Source of the DNA: Candidatus Iainarchaeum sp.
GTDB taxonomy: Archaea > Nanobdellota > Nanobdellia > Pacearchaeales > GW2011-AR1
Length of the DNA: 64,000 nucleotides
Assembly: GCA_043815085.1 (NCBI GenBank)
Contig: JBDRJG010000001.1
Coordinates: 1,594-65,593, forward strand
Direction of reading: 5' to 3'
The notes below the pieces were generated by a model that saw only the letters and a list, made by a program, of their open reading frames with translations, did no database searches and had not been told where the DNA came from. A program made the translations under genes and the position numbers. Below, piece by piece: positions 1 to 9,605 of this stretch (position 1 is the stretch's first letter; each line of letters opens with the position of its first letter).

Positions 1-60
1 TGGCTCAAAGCAGGTCCAGGAACCATTGCTCCTCCTTCCACCAAAAGTTTAATCTGCATT
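1..60 (-). CDS. rpl11: ribosomal protein uL11 (L11), N-terminal fragment running off the window edge
   Basis: Reverse strand from ATG at 60 reads MQIKLLVEGGAMVPGPALSQ, which matches the conserved L11 N-terminus (xVLVxGGKAxxGPPLGP). It lies downstream of spt5 as in the archaeal secE-nusG-L11 cluster. Confidence 0.6.
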
Positions 61-109
61 TTAATTTCCTACATTCTTTAATTTAATTTTATATACAATT
101 TCTTTTAAT

Positions 110-580
110 TTATTCATTTTCTTCTTCCTCTTCACGTCTTATGACTTTAACATTATCTATTTTAACTGTGAGTGGTAAAGGAACAACTGCTCCAAATAAA
201 CTCACAACAACTTCTTCTTTTTGTTTGTCTATTCTTAAAACTTTTGCTTTTTCTCCCTTGAGTGTTGAGCCTATCAATTCAACAATGTCTCCTTCTTTAA
301 TTGAAACACTTTCTACTGTTGGCTGAACCATTCCTTTAATTTCTTCATACCCTATTGTCTTTCCTATAATTCCCTTCACATACGGGAGATTAAAAACAGC
401 TTCTTCTGCAGATTCTCTGTCTTCTGCCTCGAGAAAAATATATCCTCTCAATCCATGAGGACGCAAAACAGAATAGACATTAAGATTTTTTTTCTCTGCC
501 CTGTTAGAAATCATATCTACTGCCCTCTCTTCTTTATTTGTCGTCACTTTTATTATAAACATCATTTTATCTTGTTCCAA
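110..580 (-). CDS. spt5: transcription elongation factor Spt5 (NusG family; NGN + KOW domains)
   Basis: 156 aa. It has an NGN-like N-terminus (FIIKVTTNKEERAVDMI) and a C-terminal KOW motif (GDIVELIGSTLKGEKAKVLRIDKQKEEVVVSL). The secE and L11 genes are its neighbours. Confidence 0.8.
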   Translation of the reverse strand: MEQDKMMFIIKVTTNKEERAVDMISNRAEKKNLNVYSVLRPHGLRGYIFLEAEDRESAEEAVFNLPYVKGIIGKTIGYEEIKGMVQPTVESVSIKEGDIVELIGSTLKGEKAKVLRIDKQKEEVVVSLFGAVVPLPLTVKIDNVKVIRREEEEENE

Positions 581-753
581 CTACCTCTTAATATCTAAGA
601 AGTAGATTATAATTTATAAAATTGCGGGTTTATAAATTTATTCTTTTAGTTTTGTTTTCTAAAAGATTTTGGTGAAAAAATTTTGTAATTTTTTCTCCAA
701 AATAGCAACTGCATAAAAGACTAATAAATATTTATGTTCTCTGTTAAATAAAA

Positions 754-921
754 TTATTTTGCAAAAAGTTTCATAATTAATGCAATAATAAAGCCTCCAA
801 GCCCGATTATCCCTATTCCAATTGCAGAAATCTTTGCTGTCTGCTCAAATTCTTTTTTCGTCGGCTTTTTCAAAACCTGCCAGACTCTCTTGCATTTCAA
901 TAAAAATGATTTTATTTCCAT
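754..921 (-). CDS. secE: protein translocase subunit SecE/Sec61-gamma (55 aa, not in the ORF track)
   Basis: Manual translation gives MEIKSFLLKCKRVWQVLKKPTKKEFEQTAKISAIGIGIIGLGGFIIALIMKLFAK. It has the basic N-terminus with the 'KKPTKKE' motif and a single C-terminal TM helix. It sits immediately upstream of spt5, the canonical archaeal position. Confidence 0.65.
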   Translation of the reverse strand: MEIKSFLLKCKRVWQVLKKPTKKEFEQTAKISAIGIGIIGLGGFIIALIMKLFAK

Positions 922-955
922 AATTAAATTAGATAGAAAGGGTTTTTAAAATTAT

Positions 956-1345
956 TTAAAATCTATTTGGATGTTCTTTCTTTAAATCCGAAATAACTTC
1001 CCAAATTATATACTCCTCTTTTAATTGTTCAATTATAGCATGATAATTTTCTGCTCCATCATAAACTTTGTAACCTTCTAATCCATCTTTTAATTTATCT
1101 GGAGCCCAATAAGCTAGATAACTTATAAATGGCCAGGGCTGAACTGAAAATTTTTTTGCTCTTGTTTCTAAATAGCTTATACCAGGAAATGTTGGAATAT
1201 TCTCTCTAAGTTCTGCTTTTCTTCTATCAATTTCTTCATTTGTTAAACCAAGAAATTTCTCAATATCCTTATCTTTTTTAAAGGAAATAGATAATTTTCC
1301 ATCTTTTGTAATGTCTTTTCTTATTTTTGCCATTTCAATTCTCAA
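956..1345 (-). CDS. hypothetical protein (129 aa)
   Basis: Long ORF between secE and ftsZ on the same strand. Its start overlaps the ftsZ stop. No recognisable motif. Confidence 0.4.
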   Translation of the reverse strand: MRIEMAKIRKDITKDGKLSISFKKDKDIEKFLGLTNEEIDRRKAELRENIPTFPGISYLETRAKKFSVQPWPFISYLAYWAPDKLKDGLEGYKVYDGAENYHAIIEQLKEEYIIWEVISDLKKEHPNRF

Positions 1346-2441
1346 AAAACTCTATTCCTAATTCTTCCTCTATTTCCTTGTGCTTCAAAGATTCAAGAGA
1401 TTCACTATGCCCAAAAATCTGCGAAGATTTTACACCTGTTACAATGAGCAAAACTCTTATTGATTTTTCCATGTCCTCTGAAATCTGAGCTCCGCCAATT
1501 AATTTTGCATCAGGACTCAATTTTTCTCCTATTGTTCCTATTATTGTTTTGTATTCTTCAAGACTCATGTTTGGTCCTCCAACAACATTTACCAATGCTC
1601 CTGTTGCATCTGAAATATCTACATCTAAAAGAGGATTATTTATTGCTTTCTCAATTGCTTCCATTGCCCTATTCTGGCTGTTAGACTCTCCCATTCCTAT
1701 TAGTGAAACCCCCCCATTAGACATTACTGTTTTTACATCTGCAAAATCTAAGTTAACTAAACCAGTTGTGGTGACTAATTCTGTTACACCTTTCACTGCA
1801 TTTGTTAAAACCTCATCAGCAATCTTAAATGCTGTGTGCAATGGCAAATCAGGAGCCAATTCCAAAAGTTTGTCATTTGGTATAACAATTAAAGTATCTA
1901 CAACCCCTTCTAATCTTTCTAATCCATCCATTGCATTTTCTATTCTCTTTTTTCCTTCCATTGTGAAGGGCAAAGTTACTATTGCAATTGTCAGAGCCCC
2001 TTGTTTTTTCGCAAGCCCTGCAATGACTGGCGCTGCTCCTGTTCCTGTTCCTCCTCCTAATCCGCAAGTGAGAAAAATCATATCTGAACCCACAATTTTC
2101 TTTTTTATTTCTGATTCAGATTCTTTTGCAGCCTCCTGTCCAACCTGTGGATTGCTTCCTGCACCCAATCCCTGAGTCAACTCCTTTCCAATTAGAACTT
2201 TCTGATCTGCATTGGAATAGAGTAAATCCTGTGCATCAGTATTTACTGCAATTAACTCTCCTCCTCTAATTCCAATTTCTTTCATTCTACTAAGAGAATT
2301 ATTCCCTCCTCCGCCTATTCCTATCACCTTTATTTTTGCTGATTGTTTTTTCAAGAGTTCTTCAAGTTCTATATCTATCTCTCTTAACTCAGCCGATGGA
2401 GAATATTCGAAAGACTCATCATCTCTATTTATATCTGCCAT
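1335..2441 (-). CDS. ftsZ: cell division GTPase FtsZ
   Basis: 368 aa. It has the tubulin/FtsZ signature GGGTGTGAAPVIA, an N-terminal IGIGGGGNN and the T7 loop region. ftsZ is typically adjacent to secE-nusG in archaea. Confidence 0.9.
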   Translation of the reverse strand: MADINRDDESFEYSPSAELREIDIELEELLKKQSAKIKVIGIGGGGNNSLSRMKEIGIRGGELIAVNTDAQDLLYSNADQKVLIGKELTQGLGAGSNPQVGQEAAKESESEIKKKIVGSDMIFLTCGLGGGTGTGAAPVIAGLAKKQGALTIAIVTLPFTMEGKKRIENAMDGLERLEGVVDTLIVIPNDKLLELAPDLPLHTAFKIADEVLTNAVKGVTELVTTTGLVNLDFADVKTVMSNGGVSLIGMGESNSQNRAMEAIEKAINNPLLDVDISDATGALVNVVGGPNMSLEEYKTIIGTIGEKLSPDAKLIGGAQISEDMEKSIRVLLIVTGVKSSQIFGHSESLESLKHKEIEEELGIEFFEN

Positions 2442-2561
2442 ATGTTCTAAAAGAAAAGTTTATTTTTAAGCATTATTGTGATTTTAAATTAGTTATTTGT
2501 TGGTTTTAGGGATTATTATAGTTTTAGTTAGATTTTTAAACAGATAAATGTCTCAAAAGCC

Positions 2562-3104
2562 ATGAGAAATATTGAAGAAAAGATTAAGGGGTCTGTAATC
2601 CCAACTGCAGATGAAATTGAAGATATAGTTAGAGCTAAAAAAGCAATTGAATATAATAAGAAAAATAATTTAAATATCCCTTATATTCTCTCTGGTTTAG
2701 GCCCAGATACAAATAAATTTTTAGAAGGGGATTTTAATGGAGAAATAAACTTCCACAAGGAACTTTATGAATATATGATGAACAACACTAAAGAGATCTT
2801 TGGGGTTGACATCAATGCTCTTGACACTGTTGGGAATATTTTACAAACATTTCCCTCTGAGCAAGAAGGAAAATATTTATTTTTTAGTTATCCTCTTCAT
2901 AATCTCAGAACAAGATTAATTGAAAAAGACCTTAAAAGAGAAAAAGCAATTTCAGAAAACTTAAAAATAATCTATGTAAACACAACAAAAAATTTGTTTA
3001 AAAATCTCTTTTATGAAACTCTTGCATTTACAAAATATTTTTTAATTAAAAGAAATAAATTAAAAAATCTTGCTAAAGGGGCTTCTTCTCTTCAATTTCC
3101 TTAA
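2562..3104 (+). CDS. hypothetical protein (180 aa)
   Basis: ORF with coding-like composition and no recognisable motif. Confidence 0.35.
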   Translation: MRNIEEKIKGSVIPTADEIEDIVRAKKAIEYNKKNNLNIPYILSGLGPDTNKFLEGDFNGEINFHKELYEYMMNNTKEIFGVDINALDTVGNILQTFPSEQEGKYLFFSYPLHNLRTRLIEKDLKREKAISENLKIIYVNTTKNLFKNLFYETLAFTKYFLIKRNKLKNLAKGASSLQFP

Positions 3105-3714
3105 TTTCAAGATTTAATCCCAAAATCTCTTTATATTTCTCTTTAAAAAGTTCTATAAATTTCACCATACTTTTTTCAGCATCTAAAATTAATTTGCCAT
3201 CCTTAATCTCAAATTTAAACTCTCGTCTAAAGAAAAAATCATTCAATGCCTTAATTTTTTCATTTAAATCTTCAATTTTTTTAAGAACTTTTATTTTATA
3301 AATAATCTCTTTTCCTGCCAAGGGATTATTAAAATCCACCATAACTCTTCCCCCTGAAACAGTCAAGACTTTCCCAATCTTATTATCAAAATTAAAGACT
3401 GCTCCTGGAATTGGATTTATCTTGTGCTCTATAAAGACTTTTATTGGCATTCTCTGAATTAAATCTGGATTTCTTCTTCCAAATGCTTTTTCCGGACTTA
3501 ATTCTATCTCATATTCGCCAATCTCCTTTCCAATTAAAAAATTATCAATTTCCTCAAGGAACATCCCATTTCCAAGAGAGAAGACAAATGGTTTTGCTTC
3601 TGCATTAGGATTTAGTTTTTTAATTTCATCTGAAATATTCGAATCAAAAACCTCCCCCTCTTTTATTCTTCCTGTAAATTCGATTTCAATGAAATCATTT
3701 TTCTTAAGGCTCAT
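3073..3714 (-). CDS. FKBP-type peptidyl-prolyl cis-trans isomerase (archaeal long-type, SlyD-like)
   Basis: 213 aa. The N-terminal FKBP domain is visible (DFIEIEFTGRIKEGEVFDSN ... FVFSLGNGMFLEEIDNFLIGKEIGEYEIELSPEKAFG), followed by an insert-in-flap/C-terminal domain. Confidence 0.7.
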   Translation of the reverse strand: MSLKKNDFIEIEFTGRIKEGEVFDSNISDEIKKLNPNAEAKPFVFSLGNGMFLEEIDNFLIGKEIGEYEIELSPEKAFGRRNPDLIQRMPIKVFIEHKINPIPGAVFNFDNKIGKVLTVSGGRVMVDFNNPLAGKEIIYKIKVLKKIEDLNEKIKALNDFFFRREFKFEIKDGKLILDAEKSMVKFIELFKEKYKEILGLNLEIKEIEEKKPL

Positions 3715-3764
3715 TAATTTTCTTAAGTAAAAACGTTTATAAATGTATTTTTTTTGTTTAATTT

Positions 3765-4157
3765 ATGGTTTTAAAAATTATTAATGCAACAGAGGTAAAA
3801 GTGGGGACAAATATTATCGTTGGTGGAACTGTCTGCACTGTAAAAAGCATAGACATTTCAAAGACAGGAAAACACGGACATGCTAAATGTAGAATTGAGG
3901 CAGTTGGAATTATAAATGGAACAAAAAAGGTTTTTGTTGTCCCCGGACATGAAAGATTAGAGGTTCCAAATGTGGATAAAAGAAAAGCACAAATCCTTTC
4001 AAAAGAAGACGGAAAAGCAAGTTTAATGGATTTAGAAAATTTCGAAACAATTGAAGTTCCTTGCCCAGACAAAACTGTATTTGAAGAGCTTGAAGAAGGT
4101 GGTAACTGCGAATATTGGGATATTGAGGGGGATAAAATAATAAAGAGAAGATTATAA
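3765..4157 (+). CDS. eif5a: translation initiation factor 5A (aIF5A)
   Basis: 130 aa. It has the hypusine-site motif SKTGKHGHAKCRIEAVGI and an OB-fold C-terminal half. The ORF on the opposite strand (3758-4180) is antisense noise. Confidence 0.85.
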   Translation: MVLKIINATEVKVGTNIIVGGTVCTVKSIDISKTGKHGHAKCRIEAVGIINGTKKVFVVPGHERLEVPNVDKRKAQILSKEDGKASLMDLENFETIEVPCPDKTVFEELEEGGNCEYWDIEGDKIIKRRL

Positions 4158-4158
4158 A

Positions 4159-4323
4159 ATGGGAAAAATACCAGAAGCACAAAATAGATTATTTAAGAAT
4201 GTTTTTGTCTGTAAGAATTGCAAAGCAAAGATAAAATCAGATATTCAAAAAGTTTTAAAGGGAAAAGTAAGATGCAGAAAATGCGGAAAGAAAGCTTTTC
4301 GCCCAATAAAAAAGAATAAATAA
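4159..4323 (+). CDS. rpl40e: ribosomal protein L40e (54 aa, not in the ORF track)
   Basis: Manual translation gives MGKIPEAQNRLFKNVFVCKNCKAKIKSDIQKVLKGKVRCRKCGKKAFRPIKKNK. It is a small basic protein with a CxxC...CxxC zinc ribbon that resembles archaeal L40e. It starts 1 nt after the eif5a stop. Confidence 0.7.
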   Translation: MGKIPEAQNRLFKNVFVCKNCKAKIKSDIQKVLKGKVRCRKCGKKAFRPIKKNK

Positions 4324-4389
4324 CAAAATTGATAGTCTTACCATTATCCTTTTAAACCTAATTTTACTTAACGTTAAGAGGGAAAAAAT

Positions 4390-5817
4390 ATGAATTTTAT
4401 TGGATATGATATTATATTTTTAGTAGTATTTCTAATTTTTATTTCTGCTTTTCTCTATTTTAATCGAAAAAATCTGAAAAAAGAAGGACTTTTATTTTTG
4501 TATAAAACTACTTGGGGAATGAAGCAGATTGACAAAATTGGAAAAAGATATCAAAAAACCCTCAAATTTCTTAGTTACATCTCAATAACTATGGGATATC
4601 TCCTAATGGTTTCTATGCTTTATTTACTTGGAAAGATAATTTATCTCTATGTTACATATCCTTCTATTGTTCGAGCAATAAAAGTTCCCCCAATCACACC
4701 TCTTATACCTTATCTACCCCAAATGTTCAAACTTGATTTTCTGCCTCCTTTTTATTTTACATACTGGATAATAATTCTCGCTCTAATTGCTATAACTCAT
4801 GAATTTGCGCATGGAATACTTATGAAAAGATATGGAGTAAGAATAAAATCAACTGGTTTTGGTTTTTTTCCTTTCTTTCTTCCAATATTTTTAGCTGCAT
4901 TTGTTGAGCAAGATGAGAAGAGCATGATAAAAAGCAGCAAATTTAATCAGATGGCAATTCTATCTGCAGGGACCTTTGCGAATGTATTAACTGCTATTTT
5001 CTTTTTTGTAATAATGTGGTTATTCTTTACAGTCTCTTTTGTTCCAGCAGGAGCTCAATTTAACACCTATTCATATTCTATTGTTGCTATTTCTGGAATT
5101 AGTTCTATTAACAATATATCTCTTGAAAATGCAACTTATTTGCAATTATTGAATTTTTCTAATGAAGATGGATTAAATAAAATAGAATATCAAGGCAAAA
5201 CTTACCTGATGAACAAGATTGGTTTAGAAGAACAAAAAGGAACCTCTAATCTTTTAATATTATATGAAGACGCTCCAGCCATTAACGCGAATTTGGAAGG
5301 GGCGATAGTATCTGTGAACAATATTAAAATAAACGGTTGGGAAGAGTTTGGAGAACAAATTTCAAACTTCTCTCCTGGAGAGAATATAACAATAAAAACA
5401 ATTATAGATGATGAAGTTAAAAATTATGAGATAACTCTTGGAGAAAGTCCAGATAATCCTGAAGAGCCATATGTGGGGGTTGGATATGCTGAACAAAAGA
5501 GAAGTGGACTGCTCGGAAAAGTAGTTGAAACCCTTTCTTCTTTTAAGAAACAATATATATATTATGAGCCAAAATTTGAAGCAGCAGAATTTCTTTATGA
5601 TTTGCTATGGTGGATTGTTTTAATAAGTATAAGCGTTGCACTTGTAAATATGCTCCCTATGGGGATCTTCGACGGAGGAAGGTTCTTTTACCTAACAATT
5701 CTGGGCCTAACCAAATCAAAGAAAAAAGCAGAAAAATGGTTCAAAATTTCAACTAACTTTTTATTATTCCTATTAATTGTTCTTATGATTTTATGGGCGA
5801 TTAGTTGGATAAAGTAA
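4390..5817 (+). CDS. site-2 protease (M50 family intramembrane metalloprotease) with an internal PDZ-like domain
   Basis: 475 aa polytopic membrane protein. It has the HEFAHG zinc-binding motif in a TM helix and a C-terminal NMLPMGIFDGGR (LDG motif). A soluble insert lies between them. Confidence 0.75.
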   Translation: MNFIGYDIIFLVVFLIFISAFLYFNRKNLKKEGLLFLYKTTWGMKQIDKIGKRYQKTLKFLSYISITMGYLLMVSMLYLLGKIIYLYVTYPSIVRAIKVPPITPLIPYLPQMFKLDFLPPFYFTYWIIILALIAITHEFAHGILMKRYGVRIKSTGFGFFPFFLPIFLAAFVEQDEKSMIKSSKFNQMAILSAGTFANVLTAIFFFVIMWLFFTVSFVPAGAQFNTYSYSIVAISGISSINNISLENATYLQLLNFSNEDGLNKIEYQGKTYLMNKIGLEEQKGTSNLLILYEDAPAINANLEGAIVSVNNIKINGWEEFGEQISNFSPGENITIKTIIDDEVKNYEITLGESPDNPEEPYVGVGYAEQKRSGLLGKVVETLSSFKKQYIYYEPKFEAAEFLYDLLWWIVLISISVALVNMLPMGIFDGGRFFYLTILGLTKSKKKAEKWFKISTNFLLFLLIVLMILWAISWIK

Positions 5818-5848
5818 GTTTTAAAATCTGTTTTTAATTCTAATTCTT

Positions 5849-6862
5849 ATGATTCCAGAGAAAATAAAAAATATTCTTAAAAAGCAACATTACGAATTAG
5901 TCGGAAAACACTCTGCTGTGCAGATTTGCAGATGGACAAAAAAATCTTTGAGAAATGAAGGGGTTTGCTATAAAGAAAAATTTTATGGAATAAAATCACA
6001 TTTATGCTGTCAAATGAGTCCGGCTGTTATGTGGTGTCCAAATAAATGTGTGCATTGTTGGAGAGCAATTGAACTGACCATAGGAGAAAAACTTCCTGAA
6101 AAAGACATTGATTCCCCGTCGGCAATTATAGAAGGATGCATAAAAGCACAAAGAAAACTGCTTAAAGGGTTCAATATAGACAAATATTCAAAAAAGAAAC
6201 AATTAAGCAAAGCAGATATGAAAAAATACCGGGAAGCCCAAGAACCAATGCAATTTGCAATCTCGCTTTCTGGTGAACCAACTGTTTATCCTTGTATTGG
6301 GGGGTTAATTTCAGAGCTTCGTAAAAGAGGAAAAACTTCTTTTTTAGTTACAAATGGTCTATATCCTGAGAAACTTAAGGAATTATTAAAAGAGAATCAA
6401 CTGCCTACTCAATTATACATTTCTATTAACACTCCAAATGAAGAACTTTACAATATATTCCATAGAAGCAAAATTAAAAATGCTTGGGAAAAATTAAATG
6501 AGACTTTGGAACTTCTACTAAAGCTGAAAGGAAAAACTCGAACTATCTTTAGAATGAATCTTGTAAAAAATCTCAACATGTTTCCTGAACAAGCAAAAGA
6601 ATATGCTCAATTAATAAAAAAATCAAACCCCCTATTCGTGGAAATTAAAGGATTTATGAGTGTAGGCTTTGCAAGGGAAAGATTGGGATATGATAGAATG
6701 CCAACTGATAAAGAAATGGAGAATTTTATAGTTGTATTATTAAAAGAACTAAAGAAAATAGGATTGAAAGAGTATAATTTGCTTGATAAGCATGAATATT
6801 CTAGAGCTTATGTTTTGGGAAGAAATAGGAAAGATTTGAAGATAAAAGATAGTGAAATTTAA
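5849..6862 (+). CDS. taw1: tRNA 4-demethylwyosine synthase (radical SAM; TYW1/Taw1)
   Basis: 337 aa. HSAVQICRWTKKSL...CYKEKFYGIKSHLCCQMSPAVMWCPNKCVHCWR matches the Taw1 N-terminal Cys cluster plus the CxxxCxxC radical-SAM motif. Confidence 0.75.
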   Translation: MIPEKIKNILKKQHYELVGKHSAVQICRWTKKSLRNEGVCYKEKFYGIKSHLCCQMSPAVMWCPNKCVHCWRAIELTIGEKLPEKDIDSPSAIIEGCIKAQRKLLKGFNIDKYSKKKQLSKADMKKYREAQEPMQFAISLSGEPTVYPCIGGLISELRKRGKTSFLVTNGLYPEKLKELLKENQLPTQLYISINTPNEELYNIFHRSKIKNAWEKLNETLELLLKLKGKTRTIFRMNLVKNLNMFPEQAKEYAQLIKKSNPLFVEIKGFMSVGFARERLGYDRMPTDKEMENFIVVLLKELKKIGLKEYNLLDKHEYSRAYVLGRNRKDLKIKDSEI

Positions 6863-6901
6863 CAACAAATTTTATAACCCCCTATAAATTCTTGATATTC
6901 T

Positions 6902-8839
6902 ATGATGTGGAATTTATACGAAGATGAAGAGTTTCTTAAACCTCTTAAATTCTCAAATGGGAAAACTCAGGAGGATGTTGTAAGAGAAGTTCTTGAAGCA
7001 ATAAAAGAGGGGCACAAAGTAATTTTTATAAATGGGAAATGTGGGACCGGGAAAAGTGCGATTGCGTTAAACATTGCAAAGAAGATTGGAAAGACATCAA
7101 TAATAGTCCCTGGAAAGAATCTCCAGCAACAGTATAAAAAAGATTATGAGAATAATAAATATCTTCTTAAGAAAGATAACACAAAACTAAAGATAAGTGT
7201 AATAACGGGAAGAAATAACCACAAATGCAAATTTCTTGAGGATGATAAAAATGCAATTCCCGCAATAAAAAAAGAAATTAATTCAAAATTATATGATATT
7301 TTTTCTGGAAAGAGAGAAAAATTGAATAGAATGACTGCGAATGATTTTTCTGCAGACAATTTTAATATTCCCTGCAGAATAGAAATAAAAGAAAAAAATA
7401 TCTCTAAAATAAAAGAATATCTAAAGCAAAACAAAAAAGTGAACATAGCTGACTTTGAGAGATTAAGTGATATAAAGAGAATCCCGATTGCATCTCTCTG
7501 CCCCTATTGGAGTCCTGTTTTCCCTGAAGATTTTGAATCAAAATATCTTGGAAAAGTTGAAAAAAGAAAATATAAAGGATTAAATGGAAAAGAATTTATC
7601 TTTTATCTCAGAAAACCCGGATGTAAATTTTATGAACAATTTAATTCTTACATAGATTCTGATGTTATCGTATTTAATTCATTAAAATATGAATTTGAAT
7701 TTGCAATGAATAGAAAACCTTTTACTGAAGCAGAAATTATAGACGAATGTGATGAATTTCTCGATAGTTTTGCGAATCAAAGAACAATAAATATAGACAG
7801 ATTGCAAAATTCGCTCTCACAAATACCTTCCTCGAATAGAGAAAATTTTCAAAAAATACAAGAGATTATGGAAATTCTCAAGCATCTAAAAACAGACAAG
7901 CAAGTTTTAAAATCATTGGATACAAATGAGATTATCCCTCTTAAAAAAACAGGAATCTATGATTTAATTAATATTTTCCTAAAAGAGCCTGGATTTCTAG
8001 AAGATATTGACGAAGATAGCTATGCCTATGATATTGAAAAAACTGCATTTATATTTGAGCATTTTCTTGACGAGAGTTATGTTATATTTAATAAAAAAGA
8101 GGAAAATCTAATTGCAAATATTGTCACAACAAATCTCTCTAAAAAATTCAAATGGCTAAAAGATAAGAATAAAGTCCTTATTTTAATGTCTGGAACGATT
8201 CATTCAAAAGATGTTTTAAAAGATATCTTCGGAATTGAAGAATTCAAATTAATAGAAGCGGAGACTAAACAGCCCGGAGAAATAAGAATAAGAAGAACAG
8301 GACTAGAGATGGATTGTAAATATTCAAACTTTTCTAATAACAAATTTACACGAAAAGATTATCTTTCTGCATTTGACAGATGCATTGATATTGCTGAAAA
8401 ACCAGTGCTCGTGCATGTGAATGGATTTTCTGACTTAGCAAGTGAGGATGAGATTAAAAAATTTAATCTAAAAAATTTTCCATCTAGAAGGAATTTAATT
8501 GAAAGTCAAAATGAGGACAAGGAAGGATTAATAGTTCAAAATTTTAAAAATAAAAAAACAGACATCTTATTTTCAACAAGAGTGTCTAGAGGAATGGATT
8601 TCCCTGGAGAGCAATGTCGAAGCATAATTTTCACTAAATATCCAAATCCAGACATAAAAAACTCTTTTTGGAGAATTTTAGGAAAAACACGCCCGATGCA
8701 TTATTGGAACTTTTATCGGGACAAAGCGCGTAGAGAATTGCTGCAAAAAGTATACAGGGGAGTAAGACATGAAGGAGATTATGTTTATGTTTTAAGTCCT
8801 GATAAAAGAGTTACTGATTTTTTTGAAAAAACAAATTAA
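6902..8839 (+). CDS. Rad3/XPD-like (DEAD_2 family) helicase, putative
   Basis: 645 aa. It has a Walker A motif INGKCGTGKSAIALNIA. Four Cys residues in the N-terminal half (NHKCKF, IPCRIE, SLCPYW) may ligate an FeS cluster. The C-terminus DILFSTRVSRGMDFPGEQCRSIIFTKYPNP resembles the XPD/DinG helicase C-terminal motif. Confidence 0.55.
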   Translation: MMWNLYEDEEFLKPLKFSNGKTQEDVVREVLEAIKEGHKVIFINGKCGTGKSAIALNIAKKIGKTSIIVPGKNLQQQYKKDYENNKYLLKKDNTKLKISVITGRNNHKCKFLEDDKNAIPAIKKEINSKLYDIFSGKREKLNRMTANDFSADNFNIPCRIEIKEKNISKIKEYLKQNKKVNIADFERLSDIKRIPIASLCPYWSPVFPEDFESKYLGKVEKRKYKGLNGKEFIFYLRKPGCKFYEQFNSYIDSDVIVFNSLKYEFEFAMNRKPFTEAEIIDECDEFLDSFANQRTINIDRLQNSLSQIPSSNRENFQKIQEIMEILKHLKTDKQVLKSLDTNEIIPLKKTGIYDLINIFLKEPGFLEDIDEDSYAYDIEKTAFIFEHFLDESYVIFNKKEENLIANIVTTNLSKKFKWLKDKNKVLILMSGTIHSKDVLKDIFGIEEFKLIEAETKQPGEIRIRRTGLEMDCKYSNFSNNKFTRKDYLSAFDRCIDIAEKPVLVHVNGFSDLASEDEIKKFNLKNFPSRRNLIESQNEDKEGLIVQNFKNKKTDILFSTRVSRGMDFPGEQCRSIIFTKYPNPDIKNSFWRILGKTRPMHYWNFYRDKARRELLQKVYRGVRHEGDYVYVLSPDKRVTDFFEKTN

Positions 8840-8849
8840 GAATTATATT

Positions 8850-9563
8850 TTATTGAGTTTTAACTGATTCTTTCTGTTTTAAGAGCATTTTCCAGATTAA
8901 ATATACTAAAACTATAAGATAAATTATGCTAAGCCAAATAATTACTGCAGATAAAATTGGACTACTTTTTACAAACACCTCCCCAAAGTAAGTTTGAATA
9001 AAAATTAGGGGAATCAATCCAAGTCCAGTTCCCAGCAAAAAATTCCATGTTTTCATCTTACTCAAACCTGCTAAATAACTGAACAAATCAGAAGTTGTAA
9101 GAGGATTTATTCTAAGAATAAAGAGAGAGAAAATTCCGTATTTCTCTGAAAAATTGTCAAACTTTATTCTTAAATTTTTGTTAATTTTTCTTTCGACAAA
9201 ATTTCTTCCATATTTTCTTGCTATTCCAAAAGCTATTAATGCCCCAAGTAAATTCCCTATAAGTGTCAGAATCCCTCCATAAAATGCCCCAAATAAAACT
9301 CCTCCAGCAACATATAAGACAACAGCTGGGATTGGAGCAAGAACACATTCTAATATCACCAAAAGAATAAACATTAATTCTCCGAATATTCCGAAAGAAT
9401 TCACAAAAGATATAATTGAATCTGGATTATTATGTACAAGAGAATATATTACTCCTGAAGAAAAAGAGGAATAGAAAAATATTGTTGAAATTAAAATTAA
9501 GATAAGTATAATTAACCAGTTTTCTTTAAGGAATTTTAAAGATTTCTCTACTCTTTTTCCCAT
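8850..9563 (-). CDS. DedA/TVP38/SNARE-associated family membrane protein (paralog 1)
   Basis: 237 aa multi-TM protein with DedA signature stretches (YVAGGVLFGAFYG; RINPLTTSDLFSYLAGLSKMK). Confidence 0.7.
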   Translation of the reverse strand: MGKRVEKSLKFLKENWLIILILILISTIFFYSSFSSGVIYSLVHNNPDSIISFVNSFGIFGELMFILLVILECVLAPIPAVVLYVAGGVLFGAFYGGILTLIGNLLGALIAFGIARKYGRNFVERKINKNLRIKFDNFSEKYGIFSLFILRINPLTTSDLFSYLAGLSKMKTWNFLLGTGLGLIPLIFIQTYFGEVFVKSSPILSAVIIWLSIIYLIVLVYLIWKMLLKQKESVKTQ

Positions 9564-9605
9564 TAATAAAAGAATATTTTTTATTATATATAAATATACT
9601 GAAAG

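Noticed and set aside
1549-2175. 208-aa ORF on the + strand inside ftsZ (also 1460-1684 and 1873-2067)
   Set aside because: It is antisense to a strongly supported FtsZ CDS. The composition is low-complexity and there is no motif.
3758-4180. 140-aa and 90-aa ORFs on the minus strand opposite eif5a
   Set aside because: The + strand encodes a clear aIF5A with the hypusine motif. The minus-strand ORFs are shadow ORFs.
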